DNA of 63,766 nt, filler included, from Octopus bimaculoides (GCF_001194135.2; 7 parts of 5 records of this genome joined end to end with filler, not necessarily neighbours in it); one strand, 5' to 3'. Positions 26,860 to 40,974 are shown, counted from the first letter of the whole stretch. The notes: a model not told the origin generated them from the letters alone. Made by a program: numbers and translations.

Positions 26860-27130
26860 CGTTAGGAGGCCGGATAAAATGCAACAACAATAGTCCAAAG
26901 CCTTTATCATTTTCATTGCAGAGCTGTTGAAGTAATGGAGAATTGAGTGAATTGATTTTATTTGCTGCTGTGATAACAGTACTCATTAATTTGTTATGTC
27001 TACCACTTAAGTTATTTGCAATGTATGCAAACACACTGGTTATAATATTTTCAATAAACTGAAGAGGCCTCGAGGACAGCCTAACATTGATAGTGCTCCA
27101 CCTACTGTTCAAAACCAAAATACTGACTAG
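26860..27130 (-). mobile_element. hAT (Charlie/ZBED-type) transposase fragment
   Basis: GGALSMLGCPRG resembles the DGAPSM motif; VITAANKI.SLNSPLLQQLCNENDKGFGLLLLH. Confidence 0.7.
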
Positions 27131-28129
27131 TTTTTCATATCTGTTTCGAGTTGTCCTACAAATCATAGTTCTGGAACCAAACACCAATCGCTGACGAAGC
27201 AACCATAAGCAAGAAGCAGAGTTCTATTCCTTTGCAAAGAGAAATTATCTAACTCTGATCTAAATTTGGTCATGTTGTGTACGTTGCACAATGTATCATA
27301 AATTTTATCGCTTTCCAGATTTTGGAACACATGTAGAATACATTTTCAGAGAAAACATTTCGTACTTGCACCTTTTCATTCAAGGTTAAAATCCCGCTCC
27401 CCGGAGAAATTTCGATTTATGCATGATACCTTTTCTTTTCTTTTTTTTTTCTGTAAAAATAGAACTTACAAGGGTTTCAAAATGTGAAATACAACATCAT
27501 GAAAAATTACAAAAAATACAAAATGAGTGGTGGCTAGTGTCGGTAGACACAATAATGATCCGATCGGTAGACGTCTGAAAAAGTGTGGATTAAACAGTTT
27601 TATTTTAATGAGTCCACTTGTAATTATTTTGAAATGTAAGACACTTATAAAACGTGGAAAATACCAAAAAGAATCCGAGAAATTCTTATTTATATAAGAC
27701 AGTCATTCTGTAAGTATTAGAAATATATAATTAAATGCCTTTTTTAAAAAACAAAATATTGTTAATGATATAGTTTGTAAAATATACATTTCAAAACCTC
27801 GTCGTAAACATCAAAAATCACACAAATCGAGCTGTTAAATAAACTGCAATTGAAACTCCACTAAACATGATTATACTGATTTATATGAAGTATGAGTCTA
27901 CTGGGTCAGACCAATATTTAAAAGAAATAAAAGAAAACAAATTCTAAACTTTTATACAGAAAATTTACAGAGGTTATATAATTTTTGTAAACCAATCTTA
28001 ACTTAGAACAAAAATCAGAAAACCAATTATGGAAGATATGAAAAAGTTCTTGTAATTATCTCAAGAAAACAGTGGTGCTAATACTTCGTAGTTAAAATCC
28101 TAAAGTGATTTGTTTAACGAAAGTACTCT

Positions 28130-28516
28130 CACATCCGGGGCCTATTACGAACAGGCGGCAAAGACAAGTTCCTATACTTGAAAGACCTAGTAACATGCAA
28201 TCAAGCAATATGCATGGTGCTTACCGAAACGCATCTAACACCTAATATAGCAGATGCGGAGATAAATATACCAGAGTATGCCGTACTCCGAACAGACAGA
28301 AGGGATAGAAGTCATGGGGGAGTTTCAATGTACATCCGAGAAGATGTCACACCCCTACTACTACTATCACACTCAAACTCTGTATGTGATACTTTAATAG
28401 TACACATAAAACAAATTGATGTAGTTGTATGCTCGACATACCGTCCACCAAATACCGCAAAGCAGGAAGGTAAATTTGAGGACAGCCTCAGAATCCATAA
28501 TGTGAAAATAACGCCC
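28130..28516 (+). mobile_element. CR1/L2-type LINE APE endonuclease fragment, open frame up to gap
   Basis: IRGLL...ICMVLTETHLTP..ADAEINIPEYAVLRTDR..RSHGGVSMYIRE...TYRPPN. Confidence 0.85.
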
Positions 28517-28617
28517 NNNNNNNNNNNNNNNNNNNNNNNNNNNNNNNNNNNNNNNNNNNNTTAATTAATTAANNNNNNNNNNNNNNNNNNNNNNNNNNNN
28601 NNNNNNNNNNNNNNNNC

Positions 28618-28912
28618 CTCGTTCCCGATCACCGTTCGTTATCTCCCCCTTTCTTAGCTCTCCTGAAATAAGAATTTCTAACTTCCGGTCAGTCAGCCAT
28701 TGTTATGATCGGCCATTATTATGATTGACCGTTGACTGAACACTATTCAATTTTTTTTCTCCGTGTTTTTCTCCTTGTCTCCGTATTCTTTCTGTTGAAG
28801 AGCGTAGCTCGAAACGTCAAAGACTTTCCGTATTCCCGAGCGTCATACTAATATATACTTTTGTTATTTACACCACCTGTCCTCGTCTGTTGTTATTTTT
28901 TGTATAATCTCC
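28618..28912 (+). mobile_element. Penelope-like terminal repeat (pLTR) or non-autonomous repeat carrying a hammerhead-like motif
   Basis: Clear homology to 45628-45830 in reverse orientation. Contains the TGAAGAGCGTAGCTCGAAACGTC motif and runs into (TA)n at its 3' end. 5' end abuts an N gap. Confidence 0.6.
28787..28823 (+). ncRNA. Minimal type I hammerhead-like motif with A6U core variant in a Penelope-like terminal repeat
   Basis: Stem I UCUUU/AAAGA; CUGUUGA plus extra A; stem II GAGC-gua-GCUC; GAAA; palindromic helix III ACGU; GUC triplet. Confidence 0.6.
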
Positions 28913-30876
28913 CATATATATATATATATATACATATACAAGCGCGCGCGCAAGAGGTATGTATTTGAAGAACATGTAGAAACGCAGGTGTAGCAAATCC
29001 CTGGCAACATTAATTCGCGATTTATTAAAATTATTTGTACATCCCGTGGATATATTATAATTACCACAAAATGACTGGAAATAGTTGTATAAGAAAAGAG
29101 GAAATCATCTTAAGAGTCTTCGCTAGATATGATATACCTTAAAGGAAATGAACAGGTTTATTGTCTGGAGTTAAGAGTACAATCAAACCCATGTCTTTCT
29201 TCCGCGATAGGCGTCATCAGAACAACCATTTCTCTAACATACTCTAGCGGTCAGGGTATATTCTCGTATCCAAACAGGTTTGAATACATTCACGCCGTAC
29301 GCAATTTGTATATATTAAACCAAAATGGGTTTAGACAAATAAATTAGAAACCATAACACACACACATACACACATATATACACACATATATACACAATTG
29401 TTAAAAGCCGAATATACATCCTACTTTGTAATTTCCAATCACTCAAACACTCAAAACGAAAAACTAATATTTTATACACGATTTTTTCCCGGAACAAGGC
29501 TGGAGGTCATTGTTATGTAAAGAATTACAAAGGAAATCAGGGTCTGCCTGGAACTCATTAACATCATTTTGTTTATTATCCATTTTTAATTATCCATTAT
29601 CATAACACGATTCGTATTAACTTTGTATTAATAATCTTTAATAATATCAACGAAGTTACGTATGAGTTGCTTTGGAATAATCGATTCTGTCCTATCATCG
29701 TAATTATGTAAATTTGACCCAAAAGGTTTTTATGAGTTTCTTTGACTTGCTCCATCGAATTCTGAATTGAGTTGTTAGTCTTCCACATGGTGCTTCGTCT
29801 CCCTCCTGCAAGTTTGTAGTCTTTGGTTCATGGTCAAATTATAAGTTCGCTGTGTGTGTTCTCTATAATAAATTCCATGGCCGTTACTCTAATGAGCTTC
29901 CTGACCGAGTGCCCTCTGTGAACAATTTTAAGCGTCTCTCCTGCTTCTCTTTCCAGGAGCAACGTTTTATTTTAACAGCTTCATTCCTTGAACTGCTGTT
30001 CTCAGGAACTCACTACCATCAGTTTATTTTCCTCTGGTTTATGATATTCAACCCTTTTTTAAGCCTTCTGTCAATCAACATCTTTTGGATATGTAAATCC
30101 CTTCTTTTCCTGTGTTGTTATTTACGCTCCGTCGTCCTCCTGCCTTGTTCCGATTAAAATTGTGTAAAAAATATCTAATCGCGCTTACTCATTGAAAATG
30201 CGTAACAATTATATATATTTGTCCATAAATAACCTGACTGTTTTTTATGAATCATGGTATAGCGTGGCTGCAATGTCTGGGATCAGGTACTGTTTGTTTC
30301 AAATGTCGCAGACGTTTTCTTCAAACGTTATTATTGTAAAGATTTAGTACTTTCATATTGTCAATCTGCTTAGGGGAAACCCAGGTACTTAGACCCGCTG
30401 TACGGGTGTCCTGTTTGAGGGTTAATAAGTTATTAATTGAGGTTGTATGATAATCTCTGGTTCATTTTTATATTTTCCATAAAAGGGAAATTAGGGGGGG
30501 GGACCAAAGACTCATGTGCAGTAGTGATTGCTCAGCTTTAACACACACACATACACACGTCTGTGTCCACGCACATATATTTATAGATAGATGAATATAT
30601 ATGTAGACACACACACACACACACATATATATATATGTACATGAATCTAAATGTATATACAAAGATAAAAATAATACATTAATACATTTTTGTGTGTGTG
30701 TGTGAGTGTGTGTGTGTGTGTGCTTNNNNNNNNNNNNNNNNNNNNNNNNNNNNNNNNNNNNNNNNNNNNNNNNNNNNNNNNNNNNNNNNNNNNNNNNNNN
30801 NNNNNNNNNNNNNNNNNNNNNNNNNNNNNNNNNNNNNNNNNNNNNNNNNNNNNNNNNNNNNNNNNNNNNNNNNNNN

Positions 30877-30976
<100 letters not shown>

Positions 30977-31904
30977 ATGTATATATGTATGCATACGCCC
31001 TAAGTAATAACAGAATTTTATTTTTGAACGTGCGTGCAGATTTGAATAACGAATATTAAATCGATAATTGTGCCTACATTTGTTGATGTATCCGTTCATA
31101 AATCGATTCTTGAACTTGTACTTATTTCTCTTTCTTTTGTATATCACAATGCATATAAATAATCATACGGTATTCAGGTATTCACTTCTACAGAGACTGG
31201 CACATTTACATATCATGGATACCTATGCGTGTATGCGTGTATAAACAAGTTAAGAACATATATGCATATATATATATATATATATACAATCGTGTATGTT
31301 TAATTGTGTGCCAATAATAATCTTTCTCTTACATGTTATACATATGTCTGTGAATGTGTTAGTGTTTACCTGTATCTGTCCTACATCTATGTCTTGACAT
31401 AGCGTGAGTACCTGTTTGGTAAAAAAGTAATCATGAAAGATTTCAATTAGTATTGCTAAATATTTAGGAGTTTTTGGGGGGAGGTGGTTTATTTTTCGTT
31501 TTTCTCTCTTTTTTTTCGTTTTAGCCTAGTCAGCACCTTGCAGATGGGATCAAAAGAAAAAAATTCTAGACTCATGTGACACATGGCTGTATCGATTTAA
31601 TCTCTCCCCAGGTATCGTACCTGGGCAGAAGTAGCCAAAGGTTAAGTGATGTGGTTTGGCAGGACAACTAATTAATATAATTTAAACAAAATTGGGTCAA
31701 GATTAGTAAATCAGTGAATATAGGTATATAAAATACTATACAGCATAAATTCTGGAATTGTTTTGTAACTGTAGAGAGTGTGTGTTACGGTTGGAAAATA
31801 ATAAACATCAACTCCACGTGAGACGGGAAGATAAAATGAGCATTCAAGCATTAACCAGGCCTTTAATTAAAAAGACCAGAATACTTTCTGGAGAGAAGTG
31901 GATG

Positions 31905-31949
31905 GCCATAGACATGTGTTTCTGTTTCAATAACCCTCATCAGCACGAC
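31905..31949 (-). ncRNA. Decayed minimal hammerhead-like motif
   Basis: Minus strand: stem I GUCGUG/UAUGGC (three wobbles); CUGAUGA; GGGUU-auug-AAACA (two mismatches); GAAA CACAUGUC, one transition from the GAAACACGUGUC seen at 2877. Confidence 0.45.
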
Positions 31950-31992
31950 AATTGTTCAATATTATCTCTAGCAGCCGATGGACGTAGACATA

Positions 31993-32125
31993 TCTTTTAT
32001 CCTTTGCTTCTATCAGTCATTAAACTGCGCCCATGCTGGGGTACTGCTTTGAGTGCAGTACATGGCATTTGCTGCCCAAGGCGCAGTCGGACTGAACCCA
32101 GAACCATGTGGCTGGGAAACAAATT
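31993..32125 (-). mobile_element. SINE family B, head joined directly to tail (internal deletion)
   Basis: Tail CAGTCATT.ACTGCG.CCATGCTGG is about 25 nt from head TGCCCAAGG.GCAGT.GGACTGAACC. Confidence 0.65.
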
Positions 32126-32387
32126 CAGCGCTTATGTGAGTAAAATACGAATATGTCAACCATTTTACAGTGGTTCCTTAACAGTACTTCCCAACCCTTA
32201 TATTTAAATGAGTTTTCCCACGGAAAATTGACACGGAAAATTGACAGTTTTGAAAGTTACTAAATTTGGATCATGAATCATGTTGTTAATGTTCTTTGAT
32301 AGCCGAAACTGTAAAATAAGAATTAAGTCTCAAAAATTATTCTCCCAATTGGGAAGTCATATCAAATACGAAATTCACTACTAAATT

Positions 32388-32512
32388 CACTTGCTAGGCT
32401 TTGGTAGACCTGGAGCTATAGCACAAATCACTTGCCCGAGGAACAACGCAGAGGGACTGAACGCAGAAAGACTGCTATTGCAAACCGAGCTTGGCAACCA
32501 CTCAGCCATACC
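32388..32512 (-). mobile_element. SINE family B head fragment
   Basis: CACTTGCCCGAGG..CGCAG.GGGACTGAAC...CAGCCATAC. Confidence 0.6.
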
Positions 32513-33519
32513 TTCACCTGTTACGAGAGAAATATTTTTGAAATACTCTTAAACGATTTTGCATTGTTAAGTTTTTTTTTTCTTCTCAAAACCATTATGG
32601 TTAAAATGTAGTTATTTTACAGAAATATATGCTTTGACTTTTTACAAATAGTAATTATAGTTGGATAATTAAATAATATTTCTCATATTGATATGCTGTA
32701 CAGAAAACATTAATTAGGAGAGTGTAAACCGTGTTTTTTTTTTGTTTCTTTTCATTTTTCACGGCAACAATTAATTTTAATTGAACGATTGTATTACAAC
32801 AATGATTGTAATAAAACAAAAGCCATTGTTACAAATATCATCTCCGTGGTATTTCATTTTCTCCGTTCACCATTTTTGATTTCTGTTTTGTTATGTGCTC
32901 AGTGTGCGACCGGTGATATGATAATGAGCTCTGAACTTCAGGCAAGTCGTAAACGGGAATCCATGGTCCTTCCAACTATACTTCATTTCATTTGAATTTG
33001 GTAGCCAAAGGACGCACACAACAGTTTCATGCCGCAGCGATCATAATGCAAGCACCTTGTGTCCTGGTATAGGAATTATGCGTAAATAAAACAATATATG
33101 TGTATCTTTGAGCATGATTTTCTGTATGACCGCTTGTGTGTAAGTTCATATATTATTTCTGTTTATATATTCATGAATAAGTTAACATATCTATAAACAT
33201 TGTGTGATTTGGTATATCTCTGTGTCTTTCAAGGATTATATTATTAAAGTATATGTCACAGCGAGAGCTATGTTATAGCAAGTGAGATATTTAATTGCAG
33301 AACTTTGGGATAATTGTCTTGACAAGGTAATAAAATATGTAATAAATTGCACCCAATTATTTCAAAATAGCTTTAAACGCGGACAGATTATTTAGTTAGC
33401 TGTATTATGTTATTCATAAACATTAGTATATCACCATCTTTGTTTTATATTAACAATGGGCGTCGTTATGACAGTTATAACATCAACACTATGACACACA
33501 CAACAATATAACTCATTCC

Positions 33520-34395
<876 letters not shown>

Positions 34396-34814
34396 TTCCC
34401 CCAACTCTGTGCTTCCCCTCACTCCCCTCGGCTTTGGAACACTCCTTACTTTCCTTTTTCTTCCTCTTTTCTTTTTACCTTCAGCATTGTTCCATTTGTT
34501 TTAAAAGGAAATTTTTATTTCCATTCACGCCTCCTTATGTAATTTAAAAAAAAAAGACAAAACAGTAATTCACACATAGAGAAAGACAGAGAAACAGACA
34601 GACAGAGAGAAACTAACAGAGAGAGAAAGAGACAGAGACAATCAGACGGAGATAAAGACAGAGAAATGAATACAGGTTGAGTTAGAGAAGAAATAAACAC
34701 ATACATACACGCAGAAAATTGTATTAAAATACCTACACACACACACACACATACATACGCAAACACTGCAGAAATAAACACACTGATATATTAACATATA
34801 GATATTGGATAAAT

Positions 34815-34820
34815 GCATAC

Positions 34821-34867
<47 letters not shown>

Positions 34868-35004
34868 AATATATATATATACATACTCATACATATATAT
34901 ATATGTATCGTGCATATACACGTATTTATATACATATATATATATGTATATATGTATAATATATATATATATATACATACATATATATATATATATACAG
35001 ATAA

Positions 35005-35067
<63 letters not shown>

Positions 35068-35305
35068 CACAAAATAATTCCCATACAAACACTTCTACGC
35101 TCTTACATACAAATACGAATATAAAAAGTGTTACTTTTAACGTAAAACGCAGTGTCACAGAATCGCATTAATATATATGCATATATGTATGTGTATATGT
35201 GCATATATGTGTATGTGTATGTGCGTGTGTCCGTTAACACTCTGAAATTATACCAGCATGCACATAGTAAAACAAGCAATACACATACATAATATATAAA
35301 CACAT

Positions 35306-35346
<41 letters not shown>

Positions 35347-35405
35347 CATATATACATTTATAGATATGTATGTATGGATGTATGTATGCATGCATGCATA
35401 TATAC

Positions 35406-35482
<77 letters not shown>

Positions 35483-35492
35483 NNNNNNNNNN

Positions 35493-35532
<40 letters not shown>

Positions 35533-35535
35533 GCA
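34815..35535. repeat. (TA)n/(CA)n/(GT)n compound microsatellite field
   Basis: Direct reading; many similar fields occur across the window. Confidence 0.9.
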
Positions 35536-37289
35536 TGGATATAACTGTAGCTGTATGTATGTGTGACGTGTATTATATTAAAAATTCTACTCCATTTTCC
35601 TCTATCATTATAATTTCAATAATTTTTTTCATTATAATCACAATCTTCATTTATTTTATTTTAGAATTCTTCTCGTTATGTATTTTGATTTTATTAAAAA
35701 AAGAAGACTTTCTTTTTTTATTGCATTGTACTATATTTTATATTCTTATTTAAGTATTTATGTATTTATATTATTATTGTATATCTTTATTTTTATTTTT
35801 ACATTTAGATTTATTTTTAATGCTAGCCTTCTTTAAACGTCTCATGAATATTAAGATAGAGAAATGGCAGTTGACATTCTCTGAACCAAAGTTGACATTC
35901 TGAATAGATTTAAATTGCTTGATGAGACATACTCACCCGCGCATGCGAAGACGTGCTCGTGTACACATAGACATATAGAAACGGATATCCACACCCAAAC
36001 AAACGCACAAGCAAGCAGCTCAATGTGTACGCGTGTGTGTATGCTTGTGTGTGTCTGTGTGTCCAAATTGATGAACGTCGATAATATTGTAGATATACTT
36101 ACTATACATATATATATATATATATANNNNNNNNNNNNNNNNNNNNNNNNNNNNNNNNNNNNNNNNNNNNNNNNNNNNNNNNNNNNNNNNNNNNNNNNNN
36201 NNNNNNNNNNNNNNNNNNNNNNNNNNNNNNNNNNNNNNNNNNNNNNNNNNNNNNNNNNNNNNNNNNNNNNNNNNNNNNNNNNNNNNNNNNNNNNNNNNNN
36301 NNNNNNNNNNNNNNNNNNNNNNNNNNNNNNNNNNNNNNNNNNNNNNNNNNNNNNNNNNNNNNNNNNNNNNNNNNNNNNNNNNNNNNNNNNNNNNNNNNNN
36401 NNNNNNNNNNNNNNNNNNNNNNNNNNNNNNNNNNNNNNNNNNNNNNNNNNNNNNNNNNNNNNNNNNNNNNNNNNNNNNNNNNNNNNNNNNNNNNNNNNNN
36501 NNNNNNNNNNNNNGGGAATATATATTTTGTCTCTATATGTGTGCGCTTGCTTTATCATCTATCTGTTTATTTGGATCTAGAATTATATGGTGAAATGTTT
36601 AACTGTGAATTTTAATCGTCATTTTGAATGAATCAGTAAGTTCACTGTAGTCTTGCTGCTGAGTTCCGAATACAAATATATATATATATATATATATAGT
36701 TGAAACTTACTTGCAAATAGACGCGTCGCGTTCGATTGTAAAAGACCCCTTCGGGCAAGGCTGTTTATCGCAGACTAGTAGTCTCCCATTTATACTAGCC
36801 TCACCTTATACATACATGCATGCATGCATACATACATACATACATACATACATACATACATACATACATACATACATACATACACATTACCATGGATAAA
36901 TTTGGATAAGTTATTATTTCTGTTGTAATAATATATTTTAGTATTCGGCATTAGATGACTTCGCATCATAGATGCAACAAGGTGATGCATCTTTTAGTGC
37001 AAACATGGAAGAAATACATTATCAGAAAATTGATAAATTACTATTTCCTTCGGGGGATCTGGTGTTTCAATGTGATTATGAAATAGTGTATGTAAACATT
37101 ATGGCACAACATTCGCTGTCGAAACATGTGTAAAATCTATGTAATTTATAACGTAATAAAAACTAAATTTTGTCCTATTAATTCGGCTCTCTAAGACGTA
37201 TGTGTATGTGTGTGTGTACTATGTATATATATGTACGAATGTATGTGTATGTATATATATGTGTGTGTGCGTGGGCGCGTATATATATA

Positions 37290-37478
37290 TAAGAGACGTG
37301 TGCGATAGGATAGTATTTGTCCCCCATCAAATCGACGTTGTCTTTACAGATGCACGGGGTACCACGCGTCGAAGTGATCGCGAAGCAGCGTGAGAGGAAG
37401 TGTTTTTGTTCAAGAACACAATGTAACGGCCGGTCTAGGAATTGAAACCACGATCTCTCGATCGTGAGTGCAACACTC
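37290..37478 (-). mobile_element. tRNA-derived SINE, family C fragment
   Basis: Minus strand: CACGATCGAGAGATCGTGGTTTCAATTCCTAGACCGG..GTGTTCTTGAAC; similar to 60860-60950. Confidence 0.6.
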
Positions 37479-38164
37479 TGACTGATAGGGCANNNNNNNN
37501 NNNNNNNNNNNNNNNNNNNNNNNNNNNNNNNNNNNNNNNNNNNNNNNNNNNNNNNNNNNNNNNNNNNNNNNNNNNNNNNNNNNNNNNNNNNNNNNNNNNN
37601 NNNNNNNNNNNNNNNNNNNNNNNNNNNNNNNNNNNNNNNNNNNNNNNNNNNNNNNNNNNNNNNNNNNNNNNNNNNNNNNNNNNNNNNNNNNNNNNNNNNN
37701 NNNNNNNNNNNNNNNNNNNNNNNNNNNNNNNNNNNNNNNNNNNNNNNNNNNNNNNNNNNNNNNNNNNNNNNNNNNNNNNNNNNNNNNNNNNNNNNNNNNN
37801 NNNNNNNNNNNNNNNNNNNNNNNNNNNNNNNNNNNNNNNNNNNNNNNNNNNNNNNNNNNNNNNNNNNNNNNNNNNNNNNNNNNNNNNNNNNNNNNNNNNN
37901 NNNNNNNNNNNNNNNNNNNNNNNNNNNNNNNNNNNNNNNNNNNNNNNNNNNNNNNNNNNNNNNNNNNNNNNNNNNNNNNNNNNNNNNNNNNNNNNNNNNN
38001 NNNNNNNNNNNNNNNNNNNNNNNNNNNNNNNNNNNNNNNNNNNNNNNNNNNNNNNNNNNNNNNNNNNNNNNNNNNNNNNNNNNNNNNNNNNNNNNNNNNN
38101 NNNNNNNNNNNNNNNNNNNNNNNNNNTATATATACATATATATATGTATATATATATATGAATG

Positions 38165-38199
<35 letters not shown>

Positions 38200-39113
38200 A
38201 GGTATGTATACGACAACACATACACGACTATACGTCAATATACAAATGTGTGTGTGTGTATTTGTGTAGGTGCATGTATATATTTTTCGACAATGTGCAC
38301 ACAGATGTAGACACAGATAAGGTTACGAACATATGTATATAATGATACATACGTCTGCAGAGTCACAAAGGACTAGCGGATCAGAATACTATAGCTTCAT
38401 AAAGCTCTTTATATACGTGGATATATGTGTGTAGGGATGTGTACTTGTGAGCAACACCGGGAGATACAAACATATATATACATATATATATANNNNNNNN
38501 NNNNNNNNNNNNNNNNNNNNNNNNNNNNNNNNNNNNNNNNNNNNNNNNNNNNNNNNNNNNNNNNNNNNNNNNNNNNNNNNNNNNNNNNNNNNNNNNNNNN
38601 NNNNNNNNNNNNNNNNNNNNNNNNNNNNNNNNNNNNNNNNNNNNNNNNNNNNNNNNNNNNNNNNNNNNNNNNNNNNNNNNNNNNNNNNNNNNNNNNNNNN
38701 NNNNNNNNNNNNNNNNNNNNNNNNNNNNNNNNNNNNNNNNNNNNNNNNNNNNNNNNNNNNNNNNNNNNNNNNNNNNNNNNNNNNNNNNNNNNNNNNNNNN
38801 NNNNNNNNNNNNNNNNNNNNNNNNNNNNNNNNNNNNNNNNNNNNNNNNNNNNNNNNNNNNNNNNNNNNNNNNNNNNNNNNNNNNNNNNNNNNNNNNNNNN
38901 NNNNNNNNNNNNNNNNNNNNNNNNNNNNNNNNNNNNNNNNNNNNNNNNNNNNNNNNNNNNNNNNNNNNNNNNNNNNNNNNNNNNNNATATATATATATAT
39001 ATATATATACACACTTTTGGATATAAGTCTACACATCATTTCAAGTGGTTACCAGGAAGGTATAGGAAGTTAGCCAACGACTCAGTACTGCTTATTATAG
39101 CAGAAATTGTTAT

Positions 39114-39347
39114 AAGGCGGCGAGCTGGCAGAAACGATAGCACGCCGGGCGAAATGCTTAGCAGTATTTCGTCTGCCGCTACGTTCTGAGTTCAAATTCC
39201 GCCGAGGTCGACTTTGCCTTTCATCCTTTCGGGGTCGATTAAGATAAGTACCAGTTATATACTGGGGTCCATATAATCGACTTAATCCGTTTGTATGTCC
39301 TTGTTTGTCCCCTCTGTGTGTAGCCCCTTGTGGGCAGTAAAGAAATA
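39114..39347 (+). mobile_element. tRNA-derived SINE, family A, full length with 12-bp TSD
   Basis: Head GGCGGCGAGCTGGCAGAA, B-box-like GAGTTCAAATTCC. TSD AGAAATTGTTAT at 39102-39113 and 39348-39359. Confidence 0.9.
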
Positions 39348-39476
39348 AGAAATTGTTATTAGATAATGAAGGGGCTTACGTGTCTCCTATAAACTAGGCC
39401 ATTCTCTGGATTTTACTAACGCTCTACTCTAAACCATGCGCATATTGAAGTACAACTACCGGTTATGTATGTATAT

Positions 39477-39513
<37 letters not shown>

Positions 39514-39676
39514 TATATTACATACATATAAGAGGGATGACCACTAAGTGGACATGCATTATGCTAGAAGACCACATATGGTCTGACGACTAAGTAAAGA
39601 TTGTTTTGAATAAAATTCAGCAAACGCCAGAGACGTAAGCGAGCAAGAGAAATGAAAAGATACAAAATATAAAGAT

Positions 39677-39764
39677 TAATCACACACCCGGTTTCGTTGT
39701 TACCACTTACGTAATTACTTACGTAATTACTTACGTAAATGTCTGTAACTCATCAGTGTGATTA
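39677..39764 (-). ncRNA. Type I hammerhead-like fold, probably inactive (G at position 17)
   Basis: Minus strand: perfect 8-bp stem I UAAUCACA/UGUGAUUA; CUGAUGA; stem II GUU/AAC (+AC/GU after a bulge); GAAA; stem III ACC-G-GGU; N17=G. Confidence 0.65.
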
Positions 39765-40167
39765 TCATAGCAATATAATTTGCAGAACTATACACGAGAC
39801 GTCCGCATGAGATTGAGCATGTATATTGTTCTACCAATTACATTTGGGGTTATATTTCAAAAGTCTTTTGAAATGATCACATTGTTCAATTAAATGGAGT
39901 TGCATGAAACGATCGTACTGTATTACATCTGGATATCCTTGTTNNNNNNNNNNTATATATATACATACATATATTGCCTGTGTCTGTAACAGTGTGTATA
40001 AGTAGTTGTGTATATATGCATACATATAAGACCAGAAATTGAGAGAGGATTAGCAATGTGTAGTCAGATTGTTTGATTGACAGTTATATAATTATGTATC
40101 TATCACCTTTAAATTACTGTGCAATACTAACTTGGTTCCTTTTTCTTTTTCTTCTCTGTGATTTCAG

Positions 40168-40218
40168 TGGAAGGTGCCCAAACCTGGTCAGACTGGTGGG
40201 GTTATGAAGGTATATCAG
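40168..40218 (+). CDS. CA10: Internal 51-nt coding exon of a carbonic anhydrase-related protein (CA10/CARP-like); other exons not found in window
   Basis: Long polypyrimidine tract ending TTTCAG (40167), exon, then CAG|GTATGT donor. Phase 1-1, open frame xEGAQTWSDWWGYEGIS(G), resembling the invertebrate CARP N-terminal motif WxxWWxYxGISGPxFWG as I recall it. Only about 18 aa, so orthology is tentative. Confidence 0.7.
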
Positions 40219-40417
40219 GTATGTAGTAGCCTTAACCATATCGATTTATGAGAAATTTATGAACGACATCCTTAACGAAGGGTTGTTAGCGAACACGTAA
40301 TTACCCAACTAGGTAGGGATGTACAAACTCCATCCATACATAGATATAGAAAGATTGACAGGAAGGGACAGACAGACAGGCAGACTGACAGACAGACTGA
40401 CAGACAGGCAGATAGGC

Positions 40418-40454
<37 letters not shown>

Positions 40455-40857
40455 GCATGGAAGATGTTTGTAAACCATTTAAGAACGCACTACCTCATTT
40501 AAATTTAATGTGTCNNNNNNNNNNAAAATTTCCCTTATGAAGTTTTTCACGCTGATTACCTGATAAATTCTTATAAAGATTTTATCCTATTTTTAAATTT
40601 TAAAGATATATATATATGTATATGAACAGTGTATAGTTGGAATTATAACCCCGCATTTGGACTCATCTCATGAATTACAGATACGAGATCCGATATATTG
40701 TTTCTATATGTATATATTGGAAATTTCTATCCTATAATGAAACAAGATACATGGAATTAAAAATAACAAATTTTCCACTTTTTGTCTTAGTACACACACA
40801 AACACACACACACAAACACACTTATACAGACACACACTCGCACATACATACACACGA

Positions 40858-40974
<117 letters not shown>

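Noticed and set aside
27290-28110. Possible hAT terminal or non-autonomous sequence
   Set aside because: AT-rich, with no TIR pair or TSD that I could demonstrate.
29190-29230. Exact CUGAUGA core on the minus strand followed by CGC/GCG stem
   Set aside because: GAAA is not correctly placed and no stem I partner exists downstream.
31607-31625. Perfect 8-bp hairpin CCCAGGTA-TCG-TACCTGGG
   Set aside because: Isolated, with no supporting context; short palindromes are expected by chance in 64 kb.
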